DNA of 64,000 nucleotides, from positions 122,088,590 to 122,152,589 of the forward strand of contig NC_068983.1 in assembly GCF_001194135.2 (NCBI RefSeq), read 5' to 3'. Both the position numbers and the translations under genes were made by a program. A model generated the notes under the pieces. The model had not been told where the DNA came from. It ran no database searches and worked only from the letters and a program-made list of their open reading frames with translations. How positions within the stretch are numbered: the stretch's first letter is position 1; each line of letters starts with the position of its first letter. Shown piece by piece: positions 26,501 through 39,763 of this stretch. The stretch is from Octopus bimaculoides. Taxonomy: Eukaryota.

Positions 26501-29500
26501 CATATATTTTTATAATTAAACATTATTAGGAATTGTATAGAAAAAATTGCTAAATTATTTTGTGTACTGTACAAGTACAACCATTCATTGCTGATAAATT
26601 TTAACAACAAAATGTTATATAGTTGAGAACCACAGAACTTTACTGATAATGTAGCAGATAAAAGAAGAGCATTTTGATATGTTGAAAATGTCATCTGATA
26701 TTATCATTATCATTTCTTTATTTATTCCTTGTTGTTATTATTGTTGGTATTGTTGTTATGACTGCACTGAGGCTGAATAAGTCCTGACTACATCAAAATC
26801 ATAATCCTTTGGTAGTCTGACATCAAAATTATTTAAGGGTTGAGAAGACACGTCAAGCCAAGTGAAATCATAGTTGTGGCCAGTGCCAGTGATATGTAAA
26901 AGGCACCTGTGCTGGTGACATGTAAGAGGCACCCACTACACTCTTGAAGTGATTGGCATTAAGAAAGGCACCCAGCCTTAGAAACCAAAGCAAACCAGAC
27001 TGGAACCTAGTACAGCTCTCTGGCTTACCAGTTCCACTCAAACCATCTAATCTATGCCAGCATGGAAAACGGATGCTAAATAATAATGATGATGACCATG
27101 GTGATGATGATGATGATGAAGAAGAAGTATATATTCTGATACAGAATTAATTTATATTTGCTGCCAGATTTTCAGGCTCCTGTGCAGATGGCACGTAAAA
27201 TACAGCATTTCGAGCGTGGCCGTTGCCAGTACCTTCTGACTGGCCTTTGTGCCGGTGGCACGTAAAAGCACCCACTACACTCTTGGAGTGGTTGGCGTTA
27301 GGAAGGGCATCCAGCTGTAGAAACTCTGCCAAATCAGATTGGAGCCTGGTGTTGCCATCTGGTTCACCAGTCCTCAGTCAAATCGTCCAACCCATGCTAG
27401 CATGGAAAGCGGACGTTAAACGTTGATGATGACATTGATGATATAAGTTATAATATTGATACAGTTATAATATGACAATACAATTATAATATTTAGAGAC
27501 AGATTTTTTTCAAAATGTTAGGATTAAGAAAGAAACTTTTTTAGAGATTAGAATTAGTATTTTTGAAGGTAATAATAAAATTAGTCGAATCTATTTTCAT
27601 GCAGTCAGAGTGTGCTAAGTTTCCATAGTGCCAATGGCATGAATATAGGTCTGACAAATTTTATTAATATCTGAAAAAATACTAAGTTTCCAACATCTTT
27701 ATGGTAGAGTGTTATGAGAGGTAATATTGTATGAGAGAGTGAGATTTCAATACATATTTCAGTATCGAACGTTACGAAGCACGTGTTATGGTTAAATAAC
27801 TTGATACAGCTAGAAGTGTCATTGAATAGTGAGAAATGGGGTCGGAGGAGTAAAGTTGAAAAAGTGTGACACACTAACACATTGACATCCACTTTTGCAT
27901 TTATTCTTATAGATGTTTAATTTGTACACCCTGTGGTGTATAATATATTTATATATGAAGGATCATTGATAGAATTTTGGCTTTCAACTCATCAATATAC
28001 TATTACTTTTATTAAAGAAAGACAAGAAAGGAAACTTACATGGTCATTTAGCCTGCTAGAAATGGCAGCCAAATTCCCCTTAAAGCATATCCTACCTTCT
28101 TAAAAATGATATTAAGACTTCGTGTAACACTAGATGCATGACGCTTGGAAAAAAAGAAAAAGACAAATCAGGGTGATCATTGCTGGAATGCCTTTTTGAT
28201 GAAGAAGTTTACTCAATCAGAGCCAACTTGAGACTAAACAGTAACATCTGATGAAATCTATCATAGAAAAATAGTTTAAGGACTTCATTGATTTCATTAC
28301 TATTTCTTAAAATCATCTCAAATGTTTTTGTTTTATATTTTCAGGGTTTAAATGCTGGGAGTAGGTAAGATGATACTTTTAAAATTACTGTTAATAAGTA
28401 AAAAGTTGGATTTGACTTCACATAACTGTAGTCTTTTATATTTAAGTTCACCTTAAGAATACGCTAGCAGTGACTCTGAGTTTCTGTCTACATTTTAACT
28501 ATCTAAGCAATATTTCAGTTGAACTATTCTCCAATCATCTTCAATCGCCATACTTCTACATATACATAAAGAATTGCCAGATTGCCAAACTATGAGGTGG
28601 TATCAAAAAGTTCCCAGACTAGTTCTAGAGTGCACCAACAGGTGGCAGCACACAGCTGCTTGTACAGTGAGAGCTAGTGGTGACCTTCATGAGACAGTGT
28701 GCTGAATGACATTGCTGTCTTTACTTTGCAAGTTGTGAAATTTGTGTTTTTGTGATCATGTATATGCTGTAGTCTGTGATTTTGTCATGGACAGGCACTT
28801 CAAAAGCGGAAGAACCTCCCTGAAAGATAATGAGCGATCTGGAAGATCCACCATGGATGTCACACCTGGAAATGTGGTATTGTGTATTGAGAATTCATCC
28901 CTCAGGGCCAGACTGTCAATTGAGAGTTCTACTGTGAAGCTTTGAAGCATTTGAGGGAGGACATTTGGCAAAAGTGACTGGATTTGTGGAGTGTGAAGAA
29001 CTGGATTCTTCATCATGACACTGCACCCTGTCACCAAGTTCTCCTCACTCACGAGTAACAGCATTGTTGAGATCCAGAGCAAATCACAGGAGGTCCTTGA
29101 CTCACTTACGGAAAATGGCTTCCAGGCCAAATTTCAAAAGTGGCAGGAATGCTGGGACCGGTGTATTGCTGCACAAGGTGACTATTTCAAAGGAAATGAT
29201 ATTAAAACTTAGGTAAATAAGTTATTTTTTAATAAACATAACTAGTCTGGGAACATTTTGATACCACCTCATATGAACTTCACTTGTCTCAATCTCTTAG
29301 ATCAAAAGATTCTTGTCACATTGCTTTATTGCAATCTGCCTTGCTGGAGTTCATTTTCACCTTCTCATCATCAACTCTGGTGTATCCCAAAGTTTGGTCT
29401 TGTCTTTCACACTTTTCCTTCGGTACATTTACCCTTTAGCATGTAAACAAGCCATATCCAATCAGAATAATCTACCTGCTTTATCTTCAAACTGGCCAGA

Positions 29501-32500
29501 TCCAACCTCTCACGCTTCCCTTACAATATTATTCTAAAAATAAACAATCATGTCATTGAAATCTCAAAGCTACAAGGTAATGCATGATTAATTTGTATCA
29601 ATATAAATAAATAAGCATTACATTTGACAGAGAAATATGAATGCTAAAGGGTTAACAATGAACTAACTATTAACTGCATGCATATATATACACATATGTA
29701 GATGGTATTATGAAAATTTAGTCTGCTTCAATAATATCAAGATACAATCACGGCACATATAAAAGAAACTCTTTCACACTCCACATTTTCTGTTTAATCC
29801 ACTATTAAAATCCTCAAACTCTCTACAAATGCTGGGTAGTCTTTTATGATGACCTCACATAGGTACTGTCATCAAAACTACATACCAAAGGGTAGGGTTA
29901 CTTTCAGATTCAGAAAATTCTTTATTCTCAATCAGTTGCTGACTTTCTTCTAAGCTTAAGAGTGATTTATATTAAAGTATTGTTCAGATTATTTTGAATG
30001 GTATTGCTGTTGCACAAACAAGTATCTTAGGTTACATACATCAAAGATAATGTCAACCAACTGAAATTCTGTCACCTCTCTCTCCCTTTTATACAGCTAC
30101 TGTAATGGCCTTTTGCTCCTTGGATTTGGTTGGATTTGGTTTTGGCCTCACCTCGAGGTTTCACACTAATCACTATACCTAATCTTTCCTTGACAGAACG
30201 TCAGTCCTCTGAAATTCTCTCTGTTCACATCTCTCCCATAGGTGTTGACTTATAATGGTTCAAGAGGAACATTAGTGGCCTCACTTTCATCAGTCTAAGG
30301 AGGTCCTACTAAAAGTCACTGACCCTTCCTGCACAGCCAGCAAGTAAAAGGAAAATGATGGGCAAAACTCACTTATATGAACAGATTGTAACCACTAATT
30401 CACATACATACTGTTTCTATTTTTATCACTACTACAATAATGGCTTCTTCTTTTGCATATCACACTATATGTCACCTTTTCTCAGATCCAACCAGTATAC
30501 CAGCCTCTCCTTGTGTTTCACTGGCCTGAAACTCCATACTAAACAGTTTTCTAAACATTTTCTCCCACATCTGCAAACTTCTAGAATTCTCTTCCTTGAC
30601 ACATTTTTCCTTCAAACATTGACTTACAGATGTCTAGACGGAACATCAACTGCATTAATGTCATCAGTCTGGATGGTCTTCAAAGACCATGCACACTGCC
30701 CTTCATATACTATCAAACACACACAACATCTCTTTTTCACAGCTACAATTGTACTTCACTTCAATAGTCACTGAATTTTATCAAAACTATTTTTGAATCA
30801 GTTGTTTTTTCTCTTATCTTTGCTTTATAACTTGAGCAATCTGAAGACCTTGGTTATTCTGTTTTCTTCCAGGAACTCAACACCAAGTAGACCATCATAT
30901 CTTTCTAATGTTCAGTCACATGGTAAATAATCTGAATTTATTTTCTTTGTTGTTTTCCCTATATTTAAAAAGTTTAACTTTGAAAAACAAAGCAAAGAAA
31001 AGAAACTAAACATTTATAAATAGATAATAAAATATCTTGAAATTTTAATTTCAAGTCTACTAAGTACATTGCTTTCTTGTTTTTTAATTACAAAGTACAA
31101 GGAAGTATGGACAATTCAATTCCTATATGATGATGTCAATAGGATTGTAATGGAAATGTTCAGCAATCGCCAGATGTTGCAATTTGCTAGAATATTGCCC
31201 ACATGATAAACAAAATATTATTGATTTTGTACACAAAAACAAATGTTGTTGTTACAAGAAATGACAAAACATTCAGAGAGCGTTTGTTCTTGGTGTAGTT
31301 GTAACAACAGATAAAGTGTTGTTAGTTGTTTGCCAGCCACTAACTTATAATGTCATTCGTCATCTGACAGTTCATTGCCTTTGTGTTGTCAACTGCTGTC
31401 CACCATCTCTGTTGGCCAACTCCTTCAGTGTTTGTCAATGCTCTTTCTTCTGCATCTTAAAACTCTGTCTAGTAGTTACAATATACTGAATTTATACTGG
31501 TTGATAGGTTCAGAAGGAAATGTGCCAAAAGAAAAGATTGTCGTTAGAGCCTATTTGATGTAAAGCTGTGGTTGGTCAGATTTTGTTGGTCATATGGGCA
31601 ATATTCTACTGAATTGTGACAGCGGACAATTGCTGAATATTCCCACTATATGATTGATTTTTAGCATAACCTTTTGTTGTTTGATACTTGTAGAGAAAGT
31701 TTGAGCCAAGAGGTCCAGTGAGTTGCAATTCTGAAGAGGGAAAATTGAGAAAAATATTTAGTATAAGTTTTGGGAATGCGACATATCAGAAAAGACAAGA
31801 AGTCAAGTGGCTGGTGTATCAGATGGCCTTCAGTGAAAGTAGTCAAAGTTTACTAATTCAAAGTGCTGGGAACTATTCTAGTAATGACAGAAGAGACAGA
31901 AAAGGGCACAGTATTCTGTAGCATGTTAATATAAAAGATAGTCGATAGCTTCCGCTATCTGGGCGACCAAGTTAGTAGTGGGGGTGGGTGCGCTGAAAGT
32001 GTAGCTGCTAGAATAAGAATAGCCTGGGCAAAGTTTAGAGAGCTCTTACCCCTGCTGGCGACAAAGGGACTCTCACTCAGAGTAAAAGGCAGACTGTATG
32101 ACGCATGCGTACGAACAACCATGCTACATGGCAGTGAAACATGGGCTGTAACTGCTGAGGACATACGTAAGCTCGCAAGGAATGAAGCCAGTATGCTCCG
32201 TTGGATGTGTAATGTCAATGTGAATACCCGTCAGAGTGTAAGTATCTTNNNNNNNNNNNNNNNNNNNNNNNNNNNNNNNNNNNNNNNNNNNNNNNNNNNN
32301 NNNNNNNNNNNNNNNNNNNNNNNNNNNNNNNNNNNNNNNNNNNNNNNNNNNNNNNNNNNNNNNNNNNNNNNNNNNNNNNNNNNNNNNNNNNNNNNNNNNN
32401 NNNNNNNNNNNNNNNNNNNNNNNNNNNNNNNNNNNNNNNNNNNNNNNNNNNNNNNNNNNNNNNNNNNNNNNNNNNNNNNNNNNNNNNNNNNNNNNNNNNN

Positions 32501-35500
32501 NNNNNNNNNNNNNNNNNNNNNNNNNNNNNNNNNNNNNNNNNNNNNNNNNNNNNNNNNNNNNNNNNNNNNNNNNNNNNNNNNNNNNNNNNNNNNNNNNNNN
32601 NNNNNNNNNNNNNNNNNNNNNNNNNNNNNNNNNNNNNNNNNNNNNNNNNNNNNNNNNNNNNNNNNNNNNGGCACATAAAAGACACCATTTCGAGCGTAGC
32701 CGTTTTCGTGCGGGTGACACGTAAAAGCACCCACTACACTCTCTGAGTGGTTGGCGTTAGGAAGGGCATCCAGCTGTAGAAACTCTGCCAAATCAGACTG
32801 GAGCCTGGTGTTGCCATCCGGTTTCACCAGTCCTCAGTCAAATCGTCCAACCCATGCTAGCATGGAAAGCGGACGTTAAACGATGATGATGATGATGATG
32901 ACATTGACATTGGGAAACAAACTGTGGGTGTTGAAATATAGCTGATTTATAGCTGATTGAATTAACCACAGAACATACTGGGTTATCATTCTCTTGAAAG
33001 TTGAAGTCAATCTTGATACAATTTCAACTCAAGATGTAAAGAAGGGAAGCTAAATGCTACAAACTAAATACTAACATCCTACCAGTTTTGCTAATCTGGC
33101 AACTGATGATCAATAATTGTTTCTAATTTAAGCATAAAACCAGCCAGCAGTTTTGAGAGGGGGAGGGCCTCATTGATACCAGTACTTGATCGGTGCTTTA
33201 TTTTATTGACATTGGGCAGGATTTGAGCTCGAATAGCCTGATCAATTAGGCATGTATAAGGCAGGACAAAAATTTTTATTACTGTTTCTATATTGAAACA
33301 TAAATATTGTTTGATTTTAAACTGTTGTTTTTGTTTTTAAAATAGCTTCACCTTCATTATCTCCACGGGAGAATATGTCCATGTATTCAAGAACCACTCC
33401 AAATCAGCAGTGAGTACATTTTATCATGTGTACATAACCACATCTGATATTCAAAACTTAGAGACTTTTCTACTTCATAACCTACATAGGATGGAACTCT
33501 TAATTTTGACATGTTCTTGTTAAATATTTATCACTAGTTGCAATACTTAAGAAAAATTTACTTCATTAATTTCACCACTGTAGTAGCCAATTTACATATA
33601 CAAATCTGCATTTGTCTATACATATATACATACATGTATATAGGTGTATCTGTAAGTGTATATGTACGTTCTTCCTTCTCTAGCCTACATGTTTATTTTC
33701 TGTTGGGATCTCTACACCGTTGTTTGACCTGTTAAAAATAGTACACACTAACACTCCAAACATTCTCCTTGATCTGTTTCACACTTCCTAACCCATCCTC
33801 TACCAGAACAAACTTATCTCTGCATCTATCAGATCATCCAAATGCTGGTTATTGCGACTATTCATCACACATTTGCATTCTACACTAGTGGTTCTCAACC
33901 ATTTTTTTTTGTCTATGGACCCCTTTTGACTACTATTTGTTCTGGTGGACCTCAATGTTTAAAAACTATTTTTATAGATACATCATTTAGCATCTACTTT
34001 TCTTGCTGGCATGGGTTAGACGGTTTGACTGGAACTGATAAGCTGGAGAATTGTACCAAGTTCTAATCTGATTTGGCATGGTTTCTACAGTTGGATGCCC
34101 TTCCTAATGCCAACCACTCTAAGAGTGTGATGGATGCTTTTTACATGCCACCAGCATGGATGCTTTTATGTGCCACCAACATAGACACCAGTTATTTGAC
34201 ACCAGCCGTGACTACAATTTCACTTGGCTTGATGAATCTTCTCAAGCACAGCATATTGCCAAAGGTCCTGATCATGTCATCACCTCCATGAGGTCCAATA
34301 TTTAAAGACCATGCTTCACCACCATGCTTCTTTCAAAATTCCTATTTCATTTTTCGTATGTTCACTTGTATAGGTTTGTAATAGGACTTTCTGAGAAAAC
34401 ATGTTTCAGTTGCCAGAAACATGTTAAAATGTATAAAAACCTTAGAGAAAGAGACCTAGCTGTCTCTTGCAATAAATACATCCAAAACAAAATCTTTTTC
34501 GTGGATTCTTAAAATACTACTGCAAATCCCCAATTTACTAGTTTGTCTGCGCAGACCCCCAAAAATCTTATATGGACCCCAGTTGAGAACCACTTCACTA
34601 CACTATACTCACCAACTCCCAGGTCCTGTGGCATTTTAAGTCAGCTGACTGGTCACATTTCTGCCAGTTCTAGGTCAACTGGCCCTGACAGTGTATATTC
34701 TTTCTCTTGACCCATCTGAAACAATAAAACTTTTTATGGTACACATCATTTTTTTTTTTCTTCATCTCAGAAACACATTCCCTATTCAATACAGATTCAC
34801 TTTATATAGTAACTGTCCCTTTTTTAAATTGCCTGTATGACTCTTTTGTTACCATATTCCTGTTGGAATACACTATCTTTGTTTCAGTTAACTTTGAAAA
34901 TAATGAAGAATACAGTAAAATAACTTTGTAATTATTATATTTGGAATATAAGTTAAATGGAAATTTTGATAGAATAAAGGCAACAATGTAATGGAAAGTG
35001 CAAGGAATATTAATGCAATATATGGGGATCGGACAATAAGTGCAAGCCAGTGACAATGGTGATTCCAGAAATTCTGAGCCAGAAACAACAGCCTAGATGA
35101 TGAGCCTCGTCCTGGAAGATCTGTAGAGCTCAATGAGGACATCCTGAAAACCCTGGTGGAACAAAATCCCATTGTAACTGATGAGGAACTAACAGAGAAT
35201 GTTAGATTTGATCTTTCAACCATTCATTGACACCTGTGTGCCATTAGAGAAGTCAGCAAATTGGGTTAATGAGTTCCTCACAAACTTTCCAAGTCTAATC
35301 GTGTGTAGAGAGTGAATGTGTGCTCTTTTTTGCTGTCACATCTCACCAATGAACCATTTTTGGATTGAATAGTGACTGTGATGAGGAATGGGTTCTCTAT
35401 AAAAATGTCAAGTGCCGAAGACAGTGGGTAGGGAAAGGAGAAACAGATTAGAAGTTTTGAATTGTGACAAAGCATAATTTTCATTTAGTATTAATTGAAA

Positions 35501-36724
35501 TTAAAGGTGAGTATAAAGAGTAGGATCCCTCTCAACTGCATTTATTATTATATTCTATTATTTATGTTACATTTAATTCCATTATTTATATTATTTATAT
35601 TGGCTTCAAATTTTAGCACAAGACCAGCAGGTTTGGGGAAGGGACTAAGTCAGTTAAATGAACCCCACTGTTTAGTTGGTATTTGCTTTATCGACCCCCA
35701 TAGGCAAAGTTGATTCTGGTGGAATTTGAACTCAGAACGTAAAGGTAGATGAAATGTTACTAAACATTTTGCCTGACATGCTAATGATTCTCCCAGCTCA
35801 CTGCCTTAATTTCATTATTTATATTGCATCTATTCTTGTAAATTTATGTATGTTTACACCAACACATACCTCAATATAAATATAAATTACCCCTGTGATA
35901 AAATTAACAAATTCGTATGACTATTTTACTAAATTGCACTAAGATTTTATTATTTTTCTTCCAATAGATCACTTCTACCAGATGTCAGAATCTCACAGTC
36001 AAATATGGTGATTTTTTTTTTTTTTTTTACTTACTTCCTATTTGCAGACATGAATGTAATTAGAATATAATTATCTTTGAAAAGTTGTTGATTCTATTTC
36101 TTTTATGAAAAGCAATCATAAACTTTACAGCTCCATATCAACCAATCCCTACATTTAGTTAAAAGCAATCCAAAAGATTATACTTTCACTACTCAACTAT
36201 AGGAATAGTCATCTCACTTCTCATGAAAGTTGCTCTCAATAAACTTGCTTCTCTTATTTTGTTGAGATCCTTGGAAAGCTAAGTTGGCTTAAGTGAAGAT
36301 TTGAATTCAGAATTAAGAGGCAGTAAATAAACTTGGATAATATTTCAGGAATGAAAAAAAAAAAAAGGAAATACAAAAACAAAAAGCAGTCTAATGTTTT
36401 TACTTTCAGACTTATCCTACATCCAAATATTTTACGTTTTAATTTTTGGATGTTAAATGATGGTGGTGTTGGTTGTGGCAGTGGTAGTGGTGGGGATTTG
36501 TACAAGCTTTAGCAATTATCAAGATTATAATTTTCCAAACTGTTAACTTTATCTATAGGAATGGTTGTGTGGTAAGAAGCTTGCTTCCCGACCACATGAT
36601 TCCAGGTTCAGTCCCTCTGCGTGACATCTCACACAAGTGTCTTCTACTATAGTCTTGGGCTGACCAAAGCCTTGTGAGTGGATTTAGTAGATGGAAACTA
36701 AAAGAAACCCGTTATATATATATG

Positions 36725-36787
<63 letters not shown>

Positions 36788-39763
36788 CTTTGTGTCTGTA
36801 TTTGTCCCCCACCACTGCTTGACAATTGGTGTTGGTGTGTTTACATCCTTGTAACTTGGCAGTTCAGCAAAAGTGACTGATTGAATAAATACCAGGCTTT
36901 AAAAAAAAATAAGCCCTGTGGTTGATTTGTTCATCTTAAAGACCTTTCAATGTGGTGCCCCAGCATGGCCACAGTGAAATGACTGAAATAAGTAAAAGAT
37001 AAAAGATATAGACACTGTTTTGTTCAGTTTGACTTCTGATCTTAATCAGGTGTTTTATTCCTGGATGTGGCTATGATCCAAAACTATATTCAAACTAGGA
37101 ACCTTTATTTCTAAACTAAAGGTAGCAATGTATGTATCTTATACCTTATTGTCCAGTTACTTAGTGGATAAGCATATTACTACCTTTAGTTAGGAAATAA
37201 AGGATTCTTAGTTCAAATCTTGTCCATGACTATGTACAAATCCATGAATAATAGATGAAATCTTGTTTATAAATATTATAAATATACACTCTAAAGATGA
37301 GTTTGATAACATTTCATCTTAGATATTTACCTTTTTGCAACTGTCTTATGATTTTCAGGTGTTTAACAGTAACAGCCTAGGAATACCAATGTCCTTCCGT
37401 ACTCCACCATCTCAAAGTACATCTTCAGAAATGGTTGGTATTGTTTTATTGATTTTGTTATACACACGTGCGTGCGTATAAATTATTAGTTGTCCTTAGG
37501 GCTAACTGAAAAAAAATGCACACTCTAAAAAAAATAAAACAGTTATATTTTTATATTGTTGAGCAGTATATTTCTAGTTATAGCATATAACTTGGTTAGA
37601 ATGTTACTAATGGTTCCATGCTGACTATTGCACTTGGCAATAGACAACTCCTCAAACCAGTATTTTGAAGCCTAATTTAGCCTTTAGCACACTGCATTTT
37701 CTCTAGAATTGTTTACTGCCCTGTTAATACATGGGAGTAAACTCATATGATGATATGATGCACCTTCAGTGTGCTAAAGGTTAAGTCAATCTCTTAAAAT
37801 CTGTATCTTTCATGTTCTGATTACTACATTTCTGCTGCACAGCTTAGTGACTGTTATTAGGTTTGTAGTCTCTGAAGATGATCAGGTTATCAGCTTTACA
37901 CTTTGTGAGTCCTGAGGTAGCTTATTAAGCCAATTTTTATATGAAATCTATGGTTACATTGGAGGAACAGAATAGGGAAGTCAGGAACCAGTTGGACACT
38001 TACTTTCTGTGCAGTCCTCCTCTCTTTAACTTCTCTGGTCATATCTGATTCTGAGTGTTTTACTCCAAAGTACACAGCACTATGTCACAGTGAGTGATCT
38101 TGAGCAAGATATTTACCAGTAGACTGTTCTATGTTACACTTTTTCAAGATTGTTTTGAGCATGCCTTTGTAACTCTTCTTTGGTTCACCACACAACTGAA
38201 AGTCAACTGCTCGTTCACCAAAGATCTGTTTGGGGAGTCTGGAGTTAAGATATGCTATATATCTACTCCACCACAGCTGGAATTTGCTTTTTCTCTGATA
38301 TCCTAAAACCTCAATAATTGCTTCCATTTTCCTACTTTTGTCCCTATATAAATATATTTCACACAATCTATCTCTTTTTAATTCTTGGCATCCCTTATGT
38401 TACGATAACGAAAAATTCAGATAAGCAAACCTCTGACTTTTCTTCCCTCTTCCAAATATCCTCCATTCATTCAGTCATAACTAACATATTTAACAATCAC
38501 TAAACACTGGAACCTGTCAAATGTCTGGTACATGAGACACTCTTCTATTTGTGTATTTCTATTTCAGGGAGGAAATTATTTCCCTCCAATGCCAAGTAGA
38601 GTTTCCATTCGAACACCTCCATCTCAGGGCCGAATTGGTAAGTTACTTTCAAATTGTTTAATGAAACACAAACTCATAAAACAAAGTAGTTAGTGAAGAA
38701 TATTTTATTCCATAAATGTTTGGCACATTTGTTACTATAAACTTGCAAGATAGACGACTGTGCTGGTATGGTCATGTGGTGAGAATGGATGAGGATAGCT
38801 GTGTGAAGAAGTTTCACATCCTAGCAGTTGAGGGAACCTGTAGAAGAGGTAGATCCAGGAAGACCCGGGATGAGGTGGTGAGGCATGACCTTAGAACATT
38901 AGGCCTCACCAAGGCAATGACTAGTGATCAAGACCTCTGGAAATATGCTGTGCTTGAGAAGACCCGGCAAGCCAAGTAACCAGCCCACTTATGCGTACCT
39001 TTCCTTCATTGGACACTAAACTTAATATTTTGAAGGTAGTTAGCCTTGGCCTCAGAACAACGAAGCAGTAAAGCATGTCAGTATAAAGAATTGTGGCAAG
39101 TGAAATTGAAATCAAATTCTATGACAGCACCGCATGACTGGCACCTGTGCCAGTGGAGCGCTAAGAGCACCATCTGAGCATGATCGTTGCCAGGGTTGCT
39201 AACTGGCTCCTGTGCCCGTGGCACCTAAAAAGCACCGTTCAAGCGTGATTGTTACTAGCGTCGCCTTACTGGCACTTGTGCCAGTGGCATGTGGAAACAA
39301 ACATTCAAGCGAGATCGTTACCAGTGCCGCTGGACTGGCTCCTGTGCAGGTGGCACGTAAAAAACACTATTTGAGCATGGCCATTGCCAGTACCACCTAA
39401 CTGGCCCTCGTGCCGGTGGCACATAAAAGCACCCACTACACTCTCGGAGTGGTTGGCGTTAGGAAGGGCATCCAGCTGTAGAAACACTGCCAGATCAGAT
39501 TGGAGCCTGGTGCAACCATCTGGCTCACCAGTCCTCAGTCAAACCGTCCAACTCATGCCAGCATGGAAAGCGGACGTTAAATGACGATGATGATGATGAT
39601 GATGATGAATCATCTTTTTTTTTTTAATTTTGTTTGTAGCTGCAACAGTGTTATAATATGAGTCAACTAATATTTTACTATATTTTCCAGATAGTCCTCA
39701 TGCTCCAGTAGTGAGCATGAGTCCATCATCAGCTGTGTTGGAATTATCAAAGAAGTTTACTAG
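16815..39763 (+). CDS. RNF212: RNF212/RNF212B (Zip3/ZHP-3 family) meiotic RING-type E3 ligase; 13 exons traced, terminal exon unresolved
   Basis: Exons 16815-16923, 18462-18523, 22362-22436, 22639-22695 (GC donor), 24590-24657, 26331-26388, 28345-28364, 30873-30922, 33346-33409, 35968-36007, 37359-37433, 38568-38637, 39691-39763. The N-terminus [49 protein letters not shown] is a C3HC4 RING of RNF212 type. It is followed by a coiled coil ([19 protein letters not shown]...[19 protein letters not shown]) and an S/P-rich tail with [14 protein letters not shown], resembling RISMISPPQDGRMG of vertebrate RNF212 as I recall it. The first six exons are high confidence; the tail exons rest on splice signals and phase continuity. 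Confidence 0.9.
17589..18407 (+). mobile_element. Young 5'-truncated RTE-clade LINE inserted in a (TA)n/(CA)n tract
   Basis: [46 protein letters not shown], a long 3' UTR and a (GAT)n tail. Confidence 0.9.
18720..19188 (+). mobile_element. RTE 3' UTR fragment
   Basis: Same 3' UTR and (GAT)n tail as the other copies. Further fragments at about 23424-23660 (+), 24745-24890 (+), 26840-27115 (+), 27170-27432 (+), 49030-49475 (-) and 53735-54030 (-). Confidence 0.85.
19255..20035 (-). mobile_element. Internally deleted mariner element
   Basis: TA-flanked TIRs ttgggttggcaactaagtt / aacttagttgcaaacccaa. HTH ORF 19531-19866 ([17 protein letters not shown]) is joined directly to [17 protein letters not shown], so the catalytic core is deleted. 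Confidence 0.92.
20841..21222 (-). mobile_element. Full-length tRNA-derived SINE (family B)
   Basis: The minus strand begins taggtgcaggagtggctgtgtggt (A box) ... gggttcagtccc (B box), with a central (CA/TA)n linker and a 3' end gtcaaatgactgaaacaagtaa. Other copies at about 10684-11024, 36562-37005, 53590-53720, 54050-54235, 56140-56280, 56605-56760, 57265-57540 and 58150-58400. Confidence 0.8.
25000..25600 (-). mobile_element. Tc1/mariner transposase remnant
   Basis: Minus-strand [13 protein letters not shown]...[29 protein letters not shown], matching the WSDE..FKLNG.VNRHN..YW..ENP motif; ends not resolved. Confidence 0.6.
28593..29271 (+). mobile_element. Internally deleted mariner element (irritans-like)
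   Basis: TA-flanked ~33-bp TIRs tgaggtggtatcaaaaagttcccagactagtt / aactagtctgggaacattttgataccacctca. Fragments [22 protein letters not shown] and [12 protein letters not shown]. Confidence 0.9.
29432..29651. mobile_element. piggyBac-type (TTAA) MITE, about 220 bp
   Basis: Ends ccctttagcat / atgctaaaggg, flanked by ttta / ttaa. Confidence 0.75.
31938..32900 (+). mobile_element. Young 5'-truncated RTE LINE spanning a gap
   Basis: DSFRYLG...[29 protein letters not shown]. The 3' end is near-identical to the 18170-18400 copy; (GAT)n tail. Confidence 0.9.
33886..34595. mobile_element. hAT-type MITE with a nested minus-strand RTE 3' fragment (about 33985-34325)
   Basis: TIRs tagtggttctcaac / gttgagaaccact; degenerate 8-bp TSD ttctacac / cactacac; subterminal atggacccc repeats. 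Confidence 0.7.
34850..35445 (+). mobile_element. Mariner transposase 5' fragment, decayed
   Basis: [26 protein letters not shown]...VSKLG**VPHKL...[13 protein letters not shown]. Confidence 0.8.
37900..38330 (-). mobile_element. Old RTE/BovB-like LINE 3' fragment
   Basis: [22 protein letters not shown]...[18 protein letters not shown]...LAQDHSL, matching QLRW.GH..RM...RLPKQI....K.YKD.LK..L. Confidence 0.65.
38746..39608 (+). mobile_element. RTE LINE 3' fragment carrying a 73-bp foreign insertion
   Basis: [20 protein letters not shown]...EKTRQAK*, 3' UTR subrepeats and a (GAT)n tail. Confidence 0.88.

Noticed and set aside
39140-39420. Regularly spaced repeats resembling a CRISPR-like array
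   Set aside because: Degenerate subrepeats of the RTE 3' UTR, with no unique spacers and no cas genes, in a eukaryotic context.
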